Assembly (NCBI RefSeq): GCF_023055435.1
Contig: NW_025963857.1
Location: forward strand, 1,488,001 to 1,552,000
From: Haliotis rufescens
Taxonomy: Eukaryota
Length of the DNA: 64,000 nucleotides
Direction of reading: 5' to 3'
The notes under the pieces were generated by a model that saw only the letters and a program-made list of their open reading frames with translations, had not been told where the DNA came from and did no database searches. The position numbers were made by a program, and so were the translations under genes. Shown in pieces: positions 12,765 to 26,010 of this stretch; the first letter of the stretch is position 1; each line of letters opens with the position of its first letter.

Positions 12765-14165
12765 CTTCATGACATGAATATATATCCAAGTATATTCACG
12801 TGATACGATTCTTGCTCAAAAGTGGTTTGATCAAGGTTACAACATTCTAGGCCTCAGTAAAGCTTTCAGAAAGATTAACGGTACACATTTGAATGACATT
12901 TCAAAATGTTATGCATCAGTGACAAGACTGTCCGATGCAATTCCCAATGTGTTAATTCAGGTGAACAATTGACTTGCTTTTGCATGTGTTTGTTATGATA
13001 TTAGTGGTGTAGGACATTATCACCTCGTGGGTGTCACTCACTGGCGGTGTAGAGGGAAAGTGCATACCCGTGACAGAATATCCCCCATTCGGACAGGTAA
13101 AGTCTACTTCTGTGCAATATCTACACTTAAGAATTATACCGCCTCCATGATCAAGTAGAGAGAGCGTTTGCTGGCTGCCAGGATATAGTTTAAATATTGG
13201 TGACTGAGACGCAAAACAACATTCACACACATTTCAACGTAACTGTATGCCGTGAAACCTCGTTAATCCGGACAAAGTGACAAAAAAAATCCACAAAGAC
13301 TAAATGGATGACTTCAACTGTCCAGTAGTTAACTCTCCTTTATGTCGAGCAATATTCCAGAAGCACCAGCCTACTACATTTCACAACATATGAGGTACAA
13401 GTTCCGTTGATTAACGTAGACTCTCGCTACAGTACGTCACAACTGATACCGCAGCATGTAGGTCTAGTCTCAAATCTCCTCATAGTCCTTCCTTGAACAA
13501 ATATTACATTATATGTCGTATGTAATTCATGACAAGAGGGATGACTTCAACTTTCCAATGGCCAACTTTCCCTTTTATGTCAAGCAATATTTCAGCTGCT
13601 CAAGTCTGTTTGATCAGGGCCACAACGCACAGACCCGTGACCATCCGGAGTAGAATGGGTCTTCAGCAACCCATGCTTACTGTAACGGGCGACTATGCTT
13701 GTCGTAAGAGTCGGATAACGGGATCGGGTGGTCAGGCCTTGGTTGATGCATGTCATCGTATCTCAATTACGTGGATTGGTGCTCATATGTCCATCACTGG
13801 ATTGTCTGGTCGACACTCCATAATTTATAGACTGCCGTCATATAGCTGAAGTATTGCTGTGTGCGGTATTAAACAACAAACAAAACAAAACAAAACAAAA
13901 CAACCTCAGTAAAGATTCCATGAAGAGGTTACGGTAGACAAATGGAGGGTATTTCCAAATTTGACGCATCCATGGGAAAAACTATGTCCGTTGCAATTCC
14001 CTATTTTGCCTTGAACCATATGTTCCTGTGTTTGTTAAGGTGAAAAATTGACTTGCCTTTGCATGTGTTTGTGATGGGTACAATCGGTGGGGCAGGATAC
14101 ACTCAGATTTTGGCAAACACCTGGTATCGTCACCATGGGTAAATTATTCATAAACACATGCTTAC
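12765..14165 (+). mobile_element. Fragmented Penelope-like RT / 3' region relics upstream of the TRIM coding exon (paralog at ~28460-29890)
   Basis: HDKRDDFNFPMANFPF-MSSNISAA at ~13525, DDFNCPVV..SSNIPEAPAYYISQHMRY at ~13310 and KWFDQGYNILGLSKAFRKI at ~12820. The paralog adds FGVHITHILRYTRACSFYEDFKERH at ~29245. Confidence 0.7.
13633..13902 (+). mobile_element. Non-autonomous retroposon family C (no tRNA head, structured 5' end)
   Basis: cccgtga..tccgg..agaat.ggtcttcagcaacccatgctt...gtcgtaagag...aacgggatcgggtggtcagg...gcggtattaaacaacaaacaaaac; many other copies in the window. Confidence 0.8.
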
Positions 14166-15669
14166 TTTTAATTGAGATTTCCTATGACTATTGATGCCCT
14201 AAGCATGGAAGACTTTGAGTGGGATCAGTGCATTCTTGAATGATTTGTATTCTTAACCGAAATATATTACATGTACAGATATATTTTTCTTTCTCTATAT
14301 TGATATCAGTCTTGAAAAGTTTTCTGATTTAGATGATGTGGATGGAACCAGCAGAGACGTGATGAGCAGGAAGTAACAGAAAAATGGACGGAACACAATA
14401 CAGGATTAGATTTCGGCTGTTTTCGCTTGTTCTCAGCGCTATCGCGATTTTGATTCTATTTTCGTGTATTTCCACCCATGAAGATCCGGGGTAGAATAGG
14501 CCTTCAGCAATCCATGCTTGCCGTAAAAGACGAATATGCTTGTCGTAAGAGGCGACCAACGGGATCGGGTGACTTGGTTAAATTACTCTTAATGTAAAAA
14601 TATTTTACATTAAGGGTTGCGGGTTCACCCTTGTTACAATGTAATTTTTGTCCACATTAAGGGTTGAAGTGATAGATAAAAAAAGTTTACATTAACGGTT
14701 ATCCCTGTGAAATAATACTTATCGAACTTTCATGAAACTTCGCAGATTTAATTGATCATTACTTTGTCTAGATGTGCAAATGACTAATCATTTTTAGATT
14801 CCCTCTCTGCAACGACCACCTGGTTGTTATATTCTGGCTTCATAAAAGGGTTTATGACCCTTAACCCCTTTCACCGATTTTTATCAAAGTTACTGTTTTA
14901 CAAAGGTTATTTTTCGATACTCTGCAAGACGACCTCGTTACTATCCTAATACCGTAACGACGGAAAGGGGGACTCAGACCAAGCAGATCAGACCAAGTTG
15001 TAGATGATGGTTGGTTGTTAGAATGGTCCATTAACAGAGTTTCAGGCATAAAATAATGGACATTTTGATGCAGTATTACGGATATGTCAGCTAAGCATAC
15101 ACCAGAATCACCAGAAAGGAATTTCAATGCAATGATGTTTGGTTAAAAAAACAACCGTAGGTTCCTCAAGTACCGTGCCGAGTCAAATAGTTTATATATT
15201 TCGGATATGAAGTCTATACCTTTTCTATAGCAGTTTAACATATCCTGTAGTAAGACCATTGTTGATTGAAAATCGCAAAAAAGAGCATTAGGCATACGGC
15301 CTGTAGGGTATTTCATGTCAGTTAGGAACCGACCATTCGAAACTCTGTTGGAGGTGACATAAGCTCACCACGGAATTTCGTACAAGGTGAGCTGTAAATG
15401 CTTTCTTCTTTAAACATATGTTAGGTATAAATCGTATTGTGCATCGTATATCGCGCTTTGGATAATTTTGACACTTTTTGCTTGTTTTTGCACGGGCGAC
15501 AATGCGAAAACGCGACAATTCTCCCTTGAGGTATTCCATATACAACCGCAACATATTATAACATCTTTGGGGGTAAACGAGATTCCTGCATATTATAAAG
15601 AGACAGCCAATATTCAAAACAGCTAGCGACTGAAAAGAACATTTGCCAGACTCGGTTCTATGTCACTGA

Positions 15670-16030
15670 ACCCCCGACAGTTGGCACAAGAACTGCAGGC
15701 AGAGTGAGTGAACATTCCCCAGGCTACATTTCGGGATCTGACTGCTTCCATGGGACGACGATGCTAGTCTGTGTTTGACTCTCATGGTGGCCATACAAGA
15801 TATTGAATTCTACTGTTCCGTGTGTGCCATATCGAACCTGAGTCAATGACAATGACGTTTGCCAATTTTAGACAATCGGTTACCATCTATTGATAATTTA
15901 TATGATATATCAAATATATACCAGATAACAAGACATATAGAACTCTTATATCGAGGAGCTAGGGTATATTGCTAGGTCTCACATATCTTCTCAATTATAT
16001 ACTTCTCGTTCTGTTTCTATGGCTCGCGCT
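15670..16030 (+). mobile_element. 3' fragment of a Tc1 element (paralog of 33915..34300)
   Basis: Encodes the transposase C-terminus SMGRRC..HGGHTRY* and is near-identical to the right end of the element at 32775..34318. Confidence 0.75.
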
Positions 16031-16676
16031 GTGGTTTTAAACTCCTTAGCGTCAACCTTATTGTCCTGATCTGGCTCTGAGACCTCCATCTAAATAAAGC
16101 TCTAGTTGGAGCCCATTTCGACTCGAAGGATGACATCATAGCACCTCATGACAGCCAAGAGACTTCTACGAAACTAGGATAAAATCCCCTTCATGTGGAA
16201 AGGGATTATGATGAAAATGTTCCCAACTTTGTCTTTCATCTCTGACGTGAAGCAGGTTTATCGTTAGAGGTAGGTAGATGTGGCAACAAAAGGGGACATA
16301 ACTCGTCAGATAAATTATGTCACTCCCCCAGCAAAATATGAATTTGTAATATTTATTTGCAATAAAATTTCTAATCATTACGTTAAGATGATGAGAAAAC
16401 ATCGAAATGAGAAAAAGCAATAAACGGACTTGTTGTTAAAAAAAAGCAATGATTACAATAGTTACAATACGAATAGTAGTACTTTAATCATTATTCACCA
16501 TCATCACATATATTCAGATCTTATAGACTGTGTTACAAATATAACGTAGTTGTGTTCGGTTTGCACGTCGGTTCGGTCAAATGGGAATTTTCTTTGACAC
16601 GTGAGTGAGTTATACTTTAACATCGAATCTACTGTTCAGAAACCTACTGGTCAAAGCGGAGTTAAAACCCAACTCA

Positions 16677-16926
16677 CAACTACTACTACTGCCGCTGCTA
16701 CTACTACTACTACTACTACGACCCCGACGCCGACTGTTACTACTACTGCTGCTGCTACTACTACTGCTGCTGTTACTACTACTACTACGACGACGACGAC
16801 GACTGCTACCACTACTGCTGATGCTGCTACTACTACTACTGCTGTTGTTGCTGCTACTACTACTACGACTGCTACAGCTGCTACCCCTACTACTGCTACT
16901 ACTACTACTACTACTACTGCGACTAC
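16677..16926. repeat. Compound trinucleotide microsatellite (ACT/GCT/ACG)n grown from a SINE tail
   Basis: Directly follows aaagcggagttaaaacccaactcac, the shared retroposon tail. Confidence 0.9.
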
Positions 16927-17749
16927 TTTGCCTCTCTCAGAATAGATACAATAAATGATGCATGTTCTGCTGTGACACTTAATCGATCATGATCGTGAAC
17001 CACCAACTCAAAAGAATCAATGTAGAGAAAAACCTAGACAGATGTTGTTCTCATTTCGCTGAGCTGCGTGACACGTGGGATTGAGAAAAAATATACTGGT
17101 AGTTAAAAAACTGGGCTTGAGAAAACAATAAACTTGTAGTTAACAAACTGGGATTGAGAAAACAATAAATAATTAAATCATGCATACGCAGTGAACACTC
17201 CAGAACATTTCCAGGATTAAACCCCATTTGACACACTCGGATTCATTTTACAATGATGTACACAAAATATATATAGACGATGATGAGAATTTGTTTTGTA
17301 TATTTTGGGGCAATAAAACATGGACACGAAGACATTCGGCTAATACAACAGCACTCAGTTAAAAGGAAAGTTGATGTATAATTCACAAAATAGGATTCCT
17401 GTGGTGAAAATGATATCCATGTTTATACATATGAAGTCGTCTAGGTATGATAATATCTGAACTTAAACTTGATTCATTAGTGGAACATTGATGGCCCAGT
17501 CGTGTTAGGTGCCACACTTCGCCGTGCACTGAGTTGTGTCCCTTATGGCGTATGATCGTAGGAATCCCAGTTTGGTCCTGAGTGTGTTTCTAGGTTTGTC
17601 AACAACATACCCGTGATCATGGGTTTGGTAAACGTCTAAAACATGTGTAGCTTCAGGATTTTCTCCCACAATAGCTGACATTTGGTGCTATAACTGTGAT
17701 AATAGTGTATACTGTCTCAGTCTTTCAGTCTGAACTTCAGATGCCATCT

Positions 17750-18390
17750 ACACCAAGGCGTGCCTGACGGTGACGTGGAAGCAAAATCAAGCGTGTCGCT
17801 GGACGTTGTGCTCCCTCAACCTATTGCTTACGGATCTGCCACTACTTAATCTCAAACCAGGTATTGTCCGTGTTCTGAATGGGGCAGTTTGGTGTCGATT
17901 CCTTAGATGCACCAACCGAATGTGGTGTCTTGTCGAGGTGGCGTCACACGTGGACAACCGGCCCGTAGCAAGTCATGAATGTTGCCCTGCTGTAGATAAC
18001 ATCTCCAAAGAGGTGATATTGTGTTTCGAATGACATTAAAGTGTCTGACAACTTCGTTATTCTTCATTCCTGTTTTCAGCATACACACGGCGTGTAGACG
18101 GTGATTTTCAGCAAGGCGTGGCATTGCGTAAGTGTTATTTACGGTTGAACAAAAGTGTTTTTATGACCACCCGATAGCTAAACATTCATAATAAGCTGTC
18201 ATAATTACCAAAAAATCACTTGTGTTAGTATCATACTCCCAACAAACACAGAAACATCCCAAATTGTGCGCCGTACTTAACATGCACGTGCAAATTGAAT
18301 CAAGACCTTAATGTATGTGTTGAAAGATATGATTTAATTTCAGAATAAAACTATTCTACTAAACTTTATGAAGCACAGTTACTTTTTCTG
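17750..18390 (-). mobile_element. Tc1/mariner 5' fragment
   Basis: ORF 18124..17903 MPRLAENHRLHAVCMLKTG..VVRHFNVIRNTISPLW..GCPRVT (Tc1 HTH plus GRPR-like motif), continuing in broken frames. Confidence 0.8.
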
Positions 18391-18899
18391 TAAGCAAACA
18401 TTCATCCATTACATTGTAAAAATCTTGCATTCTGCTGGCTTTTCAGTATCAATTATTAGTAAAAAATATATATTTGAAAGCACAACTTTCTCAAACCCGA
18501 CAGACAGGCAATTTCAAACATTGTTTCTTGGTTGTTGTTTTCTTAACAATAGTCAGTAAAATATCCGATTTCTATCCTTGAGATCTATTAATTCTGGATC
18601 AGACAGTGGTTGATATCACGAGCAACGACGTCGGGGTACGGTGACGCAGACACTGATTCTGACCACCCAATCCATTCAATCGCATGTCACAATAAACATG
18701 GGTTGCTCGGGAACAGTTGAATCCGGAACCGCTGTGACGATGTCTATTCAACAGATAATCCCACGAAAAACAGCATTACTATAGGATGGTATACAGAGAG
18801 CTACATCAATTTCATGTCTGCAGTATCAATTGAACTTGTTTGTGGGACCGTTACAATAGTCCAAGCAAGGCATAGATGATTTTTTACCTGATATATGAG

Positions 18900-19600
18900 T
18901 CATTTAGTATCAACGTGATTATCAATAAACAGGTTTTGCACGAAGATTTGATTCCTGTAAATTCCAATTGTTCAGTTTTAAATACAGCAGGTTTCGGTTT
19001 GAACTCTTCGCTTGGCCAAACAAATAGTTTCACAAAATTACATACACTAACAAACATTTCATGGCAGTAAATACGTTCCCATGATATTTGTATTACCACT
19101 CAACCAGTGGTCGTGTTTCAACCAGAACAATGATGAACGCGCTAACATGACCCAGTTATTCTATACCCATACCCAGATTTAACTTCCGGGTGTGCTACGT
19201 ACCCCACAGACGTGTACACAGACACATCTCCACATTACATATAACACTACAGTACTGTCACTGCTATCAAAATGGCATGGCCTGATGTAGTTGACAAGAT
19301 ACACATGTGCTTATACTGCAGGCATATATCAAGAAACATGTTACCAGTATGAAGTCAACTCAGGGTGTAATGTGTAAGTTAGATCGCATTTATCTAACAA
19401 AGCACTTTACAGACAGATCTGACACACTGGATACCCAGCCCCATCCAGGAAAACACGAGGCAAAAACACCTGCACACAACATTACCTTGCTTGTGATGAG
19501 ATTCTGGTAAACGTAGTCCGAGAACTGTCTGAATACCCCGTGTTTCACGTAGACACAATGACAACCTGTGTGATCCCCTCTAGTTGGGTGGGACACTGTG
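18900..19600. repeat. Paralog of window positions 1..700 (segmental duplication anchor)
   Basis: Colinear near-identity, e.g. ggttttgcacgaagatt..tgtaaattccaattgttcagttttaaatacagcagg and aacttccggg..taccccacagacgtgtac at both places. Confidence 0.92.
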
Positions 19601-19889
19601 CACAAAGTACAAAGTCCATGACATGTCTATGTGCGTCGGCAGTCATTTGTTATCTTGGGTCAAAAGTTTGTTAAAGGGTTTTTAAAAAGGATACGAATTG
19701 AGCATAATTCTTACATAATGCCATTTAAACATGAATTTATACTAAATCTGAAGTATCAGGTGTCATGAATGTGTTCTTTTATAACATTCAATATATTTGT
19801 TCTGGTCAGAATCAAATTTTATTTTATTAATTCCGTAATTGTAACCATTTTAGGTTTCATAGTGATCTTTGAATAATCATTTCAGACAA

Positions 19890-20155
19890 ATATTAACAGA
19901 TAATCTTCTTCCAATTACCAAGGCCATCATATCTCCATTCTATTATGATAAACACCCTGTATCTTCCGAATTATTGAGAAAGCTGACAAGGTGAATTGGC
20001 GCAGATCAACCTTGGTGCACCTGAACCAAGTAGAAAGCTGATCTACCGTGAGGTTGACAATAGTCTCCAGATACTGAAAGATCAACTGCACCAAGGAAGG
20101 AAAAGTCCAATCCAGTTCCTTGATGCTGCAGGTCACCTATTGAAGCTTGGATACC
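19890..20155 (+). mobile_element. C-terminal remnant of a MULE-like DDE transposase
   Basis: Broken frame HPxIFRIIE..LAQINLGAPEPSRKLIYREVDNSLQILKDQLHQGRKSPIQFLDAAGHLLKLG resembles the C-terminus of invertebrate MULE/FLYWCH transposases (recognised by eye). Confidence 0.5.
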
Positions 20156-21009
20156 CATTATCCGCCATTATGATGCGTTGAATGTTGAATTATGTTATTA
20201 ATTCTTGTTAAATATGGTTCTTATTTATAATATCATGTTGAATAAACCATACTAATTTATTAATTACTTTTCTGATGTACAATTTGTTTTCTTACAATCT
20301 GCAAATGAATTAGCACAAGTTCATTCATAATTATAATCCTGGTGTTCCCTATAATTTCAAACTTAAACATAAACACAGTTAATGATCTGTGTGGAACAGT
20401 TCATATTGACAGGTAGAAGGCAGGGGATTTGTGGTCCTGTCATGCACATCCTATATTGTTATAAGCTGTATGACACATGGCCTGTATGACTGATGGCACG
20501 ATACCGTATCAACAGAATATGATTGATGGCTTCCCACTCACTCTGCGCTGCTGCACATACATATCTGGAGACAAATCCAGTTTTGCGAAATAAATTACAT
20601 GCTGAGCTTTTGATTGGACAAAACCCTTGCTGACGTAATCCTGTTAATCGAAGCAATCATGTCCAGTTGGTCCATGGTATTTATCGCAATTGAATGGACA
20701 TGCAATAGCCAGGATCTTGATGGGATATTATAAGATTTATGATTCAGGGAATCTAATAAATAACATTGTGAGAATATGTCCACAGCTCTGACCTGTACTA
20801 TCCTCGTTAAAATATGTCAACACATAATCTTGTGCATGTATTTACATATTATTTTGACATTTCTTCTTAACTATAGTGGCAGTTCCTAAGGCAAAATTAT
20901 ATCTCACAAGACGCATTCAGACATTATCTGTCAGTAGAACCATAAGTCTGATGTATGAACTGAAATCATAAGTGTCTAATGTATGACCTAAAATCATAAG
21001 TGATTGATG

Positions 21010-21754
21010 TATTTAGGTGGTCTATAGTACTTGAATTCTGCCACTTCTTCAGATGGAAAGTATTCCCTTGTTGCAATTACCACAAATGATGGTACAGGAC
21101 GACGATAATGTTTATTAGCCTTCCATGGATCCATCTGGTAAATCGGTTGTATGCCACATGACTAGTGTTCTTAATCGGTGATATGAAATTGTATAAATTT
21201 GTTACCATACCGGAATAAATTATGTTCAGATGTCATAATTCATTGCTACTCGATCTTGGTTATTATGGCCAGCACGTATCTGTGAAGTCCGTGTACACAT
21301 TGTATTAATTGAGCACTTTTGTATGTTAAGAAATGGTATGCAAATTAAATATTTTCACCTTCAGTTTTGTGCTAGTTATTCCTTAATTTGATCGCAGGTC
21401 TTTGGAACTGATCACACTTTATTCACTCGCTGACAGTTTAGAAGAATATCTGATGCAGTACAATGATAAGGAAATGTCAATATTAATCTATGCAGCAAAA
21501 TTTACTATGGTTATAGTTATTATCATCAGTAAAGAAGGAACATACTTATGAAGTGGTTCGTTATCGTGTTATGGGCCTGCCAAGCTGACTTCCAGGAGCG
21601 TCAACTGTATGTTGGTGAACTTTACTGAGAATCTTTCATGTTGAGTTACGAAACCCAAAGGTTCAGCTCCATTTTCTCTCTCGCCCCAGCAGTAACATGC
21701 AAACATTTGGACTCAGTTCGCGTTGACATGGCCATGCCGTTGCCACAGTCACAC
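21010..21754 (-). pseudogene. P2X7 ballast-domain-like (KolX/nanor-type) Cys-rich protein pseudogene, two exons
   Basis: Exon 21754..21546 reads CDCGNGMAMSTRTESKCLH..REKMEL..VTQHERF..NEPLHK followed by a gtatg donor. The exon from ~21169 reads SHVAYNRFTRWIHGRL / KHYRRPVPSFVVIATREYFPSEE. This matches the family pattern WCxCGxCxxMPTxxExxCC ... RHxAYRxFxxWxHGxLGxxxRxxIPSCxVxxIRxxFP. Frameshifts and lost cysteines. Confidence 0.75.
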
Positions 21755-21879
21755 CTACCAACAAAATTATGATCTAGCTAATAATATGCAAACCTATAAT
21801 TTCTTCATGGAACAGTTCCCTTGAAATAACGGCATTATTACAATAACAACCCAAATCCTGTAAACATGCGAAACGCACG

Positions 21880-22727
21880 ATCGTCGCACGAGTTAAATAC
21901 GTATGCATGAATGTTAGGGTGCCTTATTAGAACACACGAGAAAACACCGGAAAACACATTCTTTTTCCTACGTTTATCTTTAAAACAAATGCCAAGAATC
22001 CCCAAATACACTCGTGACAGAGCCATCGGAATGTTGCAAGTAGGCATGCGTACTGCAGACGTTGCATTACATGTTGGTGCGTCCGTGAGGCCAGTACAAC
22101 GTCCGAGGGAACGTTACAATGCAACTGGAGTCCGAGAGTTGACGTCCACGTCTAACAACGCCAGCTATAAACCGCTATATTGGGACGTCACATTTACGCA
22201 ATCGTTTTCTCCCATCAACTGTGACTGCACTTAACAAACTGTTCGCAATCGGCTGTGACAATATGGTCTCAGATCCAGGGGCCATACGTTTGGCCAGTTT
22301 CTAGCCAACGTCGAGAGTGGGCTCGTGCACGTCTGCGTTAGACTCGACGTTAATGGCAGAGCGTGCTCTGTAGTGACGAATTCTGTTTTTCACTCTCCAG
22401 AGGTGACGGTCGACGTTGGGTGTATAGACGGATGAAGGGAACGTTATGCTGACGCTTGTGTTTCTGACAGAGATCGTTTTTAAGGAGCTGGATTGGAATT
22501 GTTTGGGATGGAACTGCACACGGTCATAGCACAGCTCTTGTTCCTATTTGTAACAATATGAATGCGATCCGCTACAGGGGCGAGATTCCTGCTCAGCATA
22601 TGCATGGTGTCCCTTACCTCAACGCCGTTTCAGCATGGCAATGCCACAAGTCACACCACGCGCATCACACGGGACTTCCCGCAGGCTAACCACGTGGATG
22701 ATATGCCTTGGCCGGCCAAACGTCCGG
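21880..22727 (+). mobile_element. Tc1/mariner transposase relic, cut by a family C retroposon at 22728
   Basis: ATG at 21989 gives MPRIPKYTRDRAIGMLQVGMRTADVALHVG; later TVRNRL, SDE, FQHGNATSHTTR and MPWPAKRPD in broken frames. Confidence 0.85.
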
Positions 22728-24049
22728 ACCGTGAATATCCAGGGTAGAATAGGGCTTCAGAAACCTATGCTTGCCGTAAAAGGCGACTTTGCTTGTCGTA
22801 TGTTGGTATGACGTGTGACATTGCCGATTGTGTCGCACCGTGTCCAAACAGCATGCATCGTTGCTCATGCTGTCAATCACTGATTTCTCTGGCCCAGGCT
22901 GCCAAGATGCAGTTGAAATATTGCGGACTGAGCCGTAAAACAACATGCACGCAGTAATTGTAAACCGTTAAACCCTGTTAATCCAGATAGAACCTGGTTC
23001 AGTGTAATCGATCCACGGGTTCGTATTCAAATATATCTGTGACGTCCTCCATTGTTTAAGAGCTCCATTATTTTTTAAGAATGTGGTTGGCTATCAATTA
23101 CACTTTCTATTGAACCAACATTTCGGTTGATTGTCACTCGGAACAGACTGATCTATAGTTCTTATTTGACAATCAAGTGAATGATTACTAATGTTATCGG
23201 AGCATGTGTCTCCAGCGTGGCTAGAATCCGATTAGTATGATTTGATGACGTGTGATAGTTGACCTCGGATACGGCGACACGTCACAGTGAAATTAGCTAT
23301 TTTATCATTTCCAATATCCAAAATCCTTAAAAGCTCAGAACGTGATATGCATAATGTCGTGTTACATCCTGTTACCTGTTACAATGTTCGCGTTTAAAAA
23401 AGCTAGATAAACCTTTGACGAGAAGAAACTAAGGATCAGATAAACATATAAATCCTTGTACCAAATATATTTGGGATAACACTGGCAGTGTGGGTTGGAA
23501 TCCCGGACGGGACTCAACTAAAAAACGTATGAGAATCTATACTTTAATAAAGAAAGTGTTATCCCAAATATGTTACATTTGTTACACTTTCTAAATGGCA
23601 TTGTGTGTGCAATATATATCCTTGTCAGGGCCCATTAATTCTAGTTACCGTGTATTTAAAACGTGCAAGCGATTTCAAAAGTACACGCTTAGGTCCCCAC
23701 GTAATTGGATAGAGTCGTGAACCTCGTATCGTTACGATCAGCTCTCGACGAAGCCTTTGCGCACGTGCAACAGCAGCAGAAATCATAATCCACGTACATC
23801 ACATCACGACTCAAACACTGTAAATACAGGCGACAAACATTTCTGGTTAAGTTTTCAAATAATTTGTTTGAGAATGTTTTGTCAAAGTATTAACGGTAAC
23901 GGTGTGTTTTAAGGAGAAGAATAGCCTATGTAGTCAAAGGTCCAATATTTTCAAGGATTGAAGAGTTACTAAACACCATGTGCAGAGCTGCGTAAGTCAG
24001 GAGTGCCTGGATCCTATTATCGTGGGTTCAAATCCCAGATGGGAGATGG

Positions 24050-25055
24050 AGGCATAGAGGAGAGGAGTGTCTGACAGTGATGAGGAGATGGTGATAGGAG
24101 AAGGTGATGCGAGGGGAAGACAGTGGTGTCTCTTCAGTGAGGAGGAGATGGTGGTGCGAGGGGAAGACAGTGGTGTCTGTCAGTGAGGAGGAGAAGGTGA
24201 TGCGAGGGGAAGACAGGGGTGTCTGTCAGTGAGGAGAAGAAGGTGATGCGAGGGGAAGACAGGGGTGTCTGTCACTGAGGAGGAGAAGGTGATGCGAGGG
24301 GAAGACAGGGGTATCTCTTCAATGAGGAGGAGATGGTGGTGCGAGGGGAAGACAGTGGTGTCTGTCAGTGAGGAGGAGAAGGTGATGCGAGGGGAAGACA
24401 GGGGTGTCTGTCAGTGAGGAGGAGAAGGTGATGCGAGGGGAAGACAGGGGTGTCTGTCAGTGAAGTGGAGAAGGTGATGCGAAGGGAAGACATGGGTGTC
24501 TCTCAGTGAGGAGGAGAAGGTGATGCGAGGGGAAGACAGGGGTGTCTGTCAGTGAAGAGTAGAAGGTGATGCGAGGGGAAGACAGGGGTGTCTGTCACTG
24601 AGGAGGAGAAGGTGATGGGAGGGGAAGACAGGGGTGTCCGTCAGTGAGGAGGAGAAGGTGATGCGAGGGGAAGACAGGGATGTCTGTCAGTGAGGAGGAG
24701 ATGGTGATGCGAGGCGAAGACAGGGGTGTCTGTCAGTGAGGAGGAGATGGTGGTGCGAGGGGAAGACAGGGATGTCTGTCAGTGAGGAGAAGAAGGTGAT
24801 GCGAGGGGAAGACAAGGGTGTCTGTCAGTGAGGAGGAGATGGTGATGCGAGGGTAAGACAGGGATGTCTGTCAGTGAGGAGGAGAAGGTGATGCGAGGGG
24901 AAGACAGGGGTGTCTGTCAGTGAGGAGGAGAAGGTGATGCGAGGCGAAGACAGGGGTGTCTGTCAGTGAGGAGGAGAAGGTGATGCGAGGGGAAGACAGG
25001 GGTGTCTTTCAGTGAGGAAGAGAAGGTGATGCGAGGGGAAGACAGGGGTGTCTGT
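24050..25055. repeat. 46-bp minisatellite, about 22 copies (paralog of 6432..7705)
   Basis: Same unit and the same upstream flank ccaatattttc..ggattgaagagttactaaacac..gggttcaaatcccagat. Confidence 0.97.
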
Positions 25056-26010
25056 GCAAAGCGTGCTGAAATCATACGATCGTGGATTGGTGGGTTTCAC
25101 AAACTTAATAAATGTCTCAGGTCTCTATCTCTTCTGGCTCTCCTCCCACATGAAGATAGCATGCCGTAATATAACTGAACTACTGTTTAAAGTGGCGTAA
25201 AATCATACTGACTCACTTCTTAAAGTATGGAAGTATGAATCATTGTGGATGTCAATAGAAGCCGTTTCTAAAATTACCAGTTGTCAAAAACAGAGCCTGC
25301 AGAACTTTAAAAATATATGCACAGATCAAATTTCAGGTCTATCGACAATGATTAATAGCAAGCAAAAGTGAAAGTAAAAAATGAATGACCGTCCACCACG
25401 AGTCTCGGCAATCCTGATTACTTCACTATGTTGATGTATTTTGAGAGAAACATGACAGTCCAAAACAGCACTTGCAGAACTTTAAAAATATATTGATACA
25501 GATCCAATTTCACGTCTATCAACATATATTTTTATAACACATACAAGTAAAATCAAAACATGTATGACCGTCAACGGGGAAAAGAATACTACAGACATAT
25601 CGTTATTTTCACACAAAAAATACATCGTTTCATTATGCCGTGACTTTGGGGTTGCAATGTTTCAAATTTTCTAGGTTCTGACACACCCCACACAGGTTGA
25701 CACAAAAAAACAGCTCTGAGATAGCCTAAATTATATCTCGTTATCCATAAGGCAACTTGCGGATAATCAGTATCATACAGTTTGGGCTTTTATGAATTCC
25801 TTCCTAAAGACGACAGGAACCTGAGAGAGTTCTACACACATATGTATGTCACAAACACACGTTGTCAGTGTTTACATGTGAACACCTTAATTACTCCTTC
25901 GCTTCTCATACCAACATACACGTGGCCATGTCCGTCTACACACACACCCTGGGTGTGGTTGATACCGTCCTCTTGTGTCAGTATGTTTCTGACAAACTGT
26001 CCTGACTCCG

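Noticed and set aside
16601-16958. Poly-Thr (mucin-like) and poly-Leu ORFs
   Set aside because: Translations of a trinucleotide microsatellite attached to a SINE tail; no credible ATG start or splice context.
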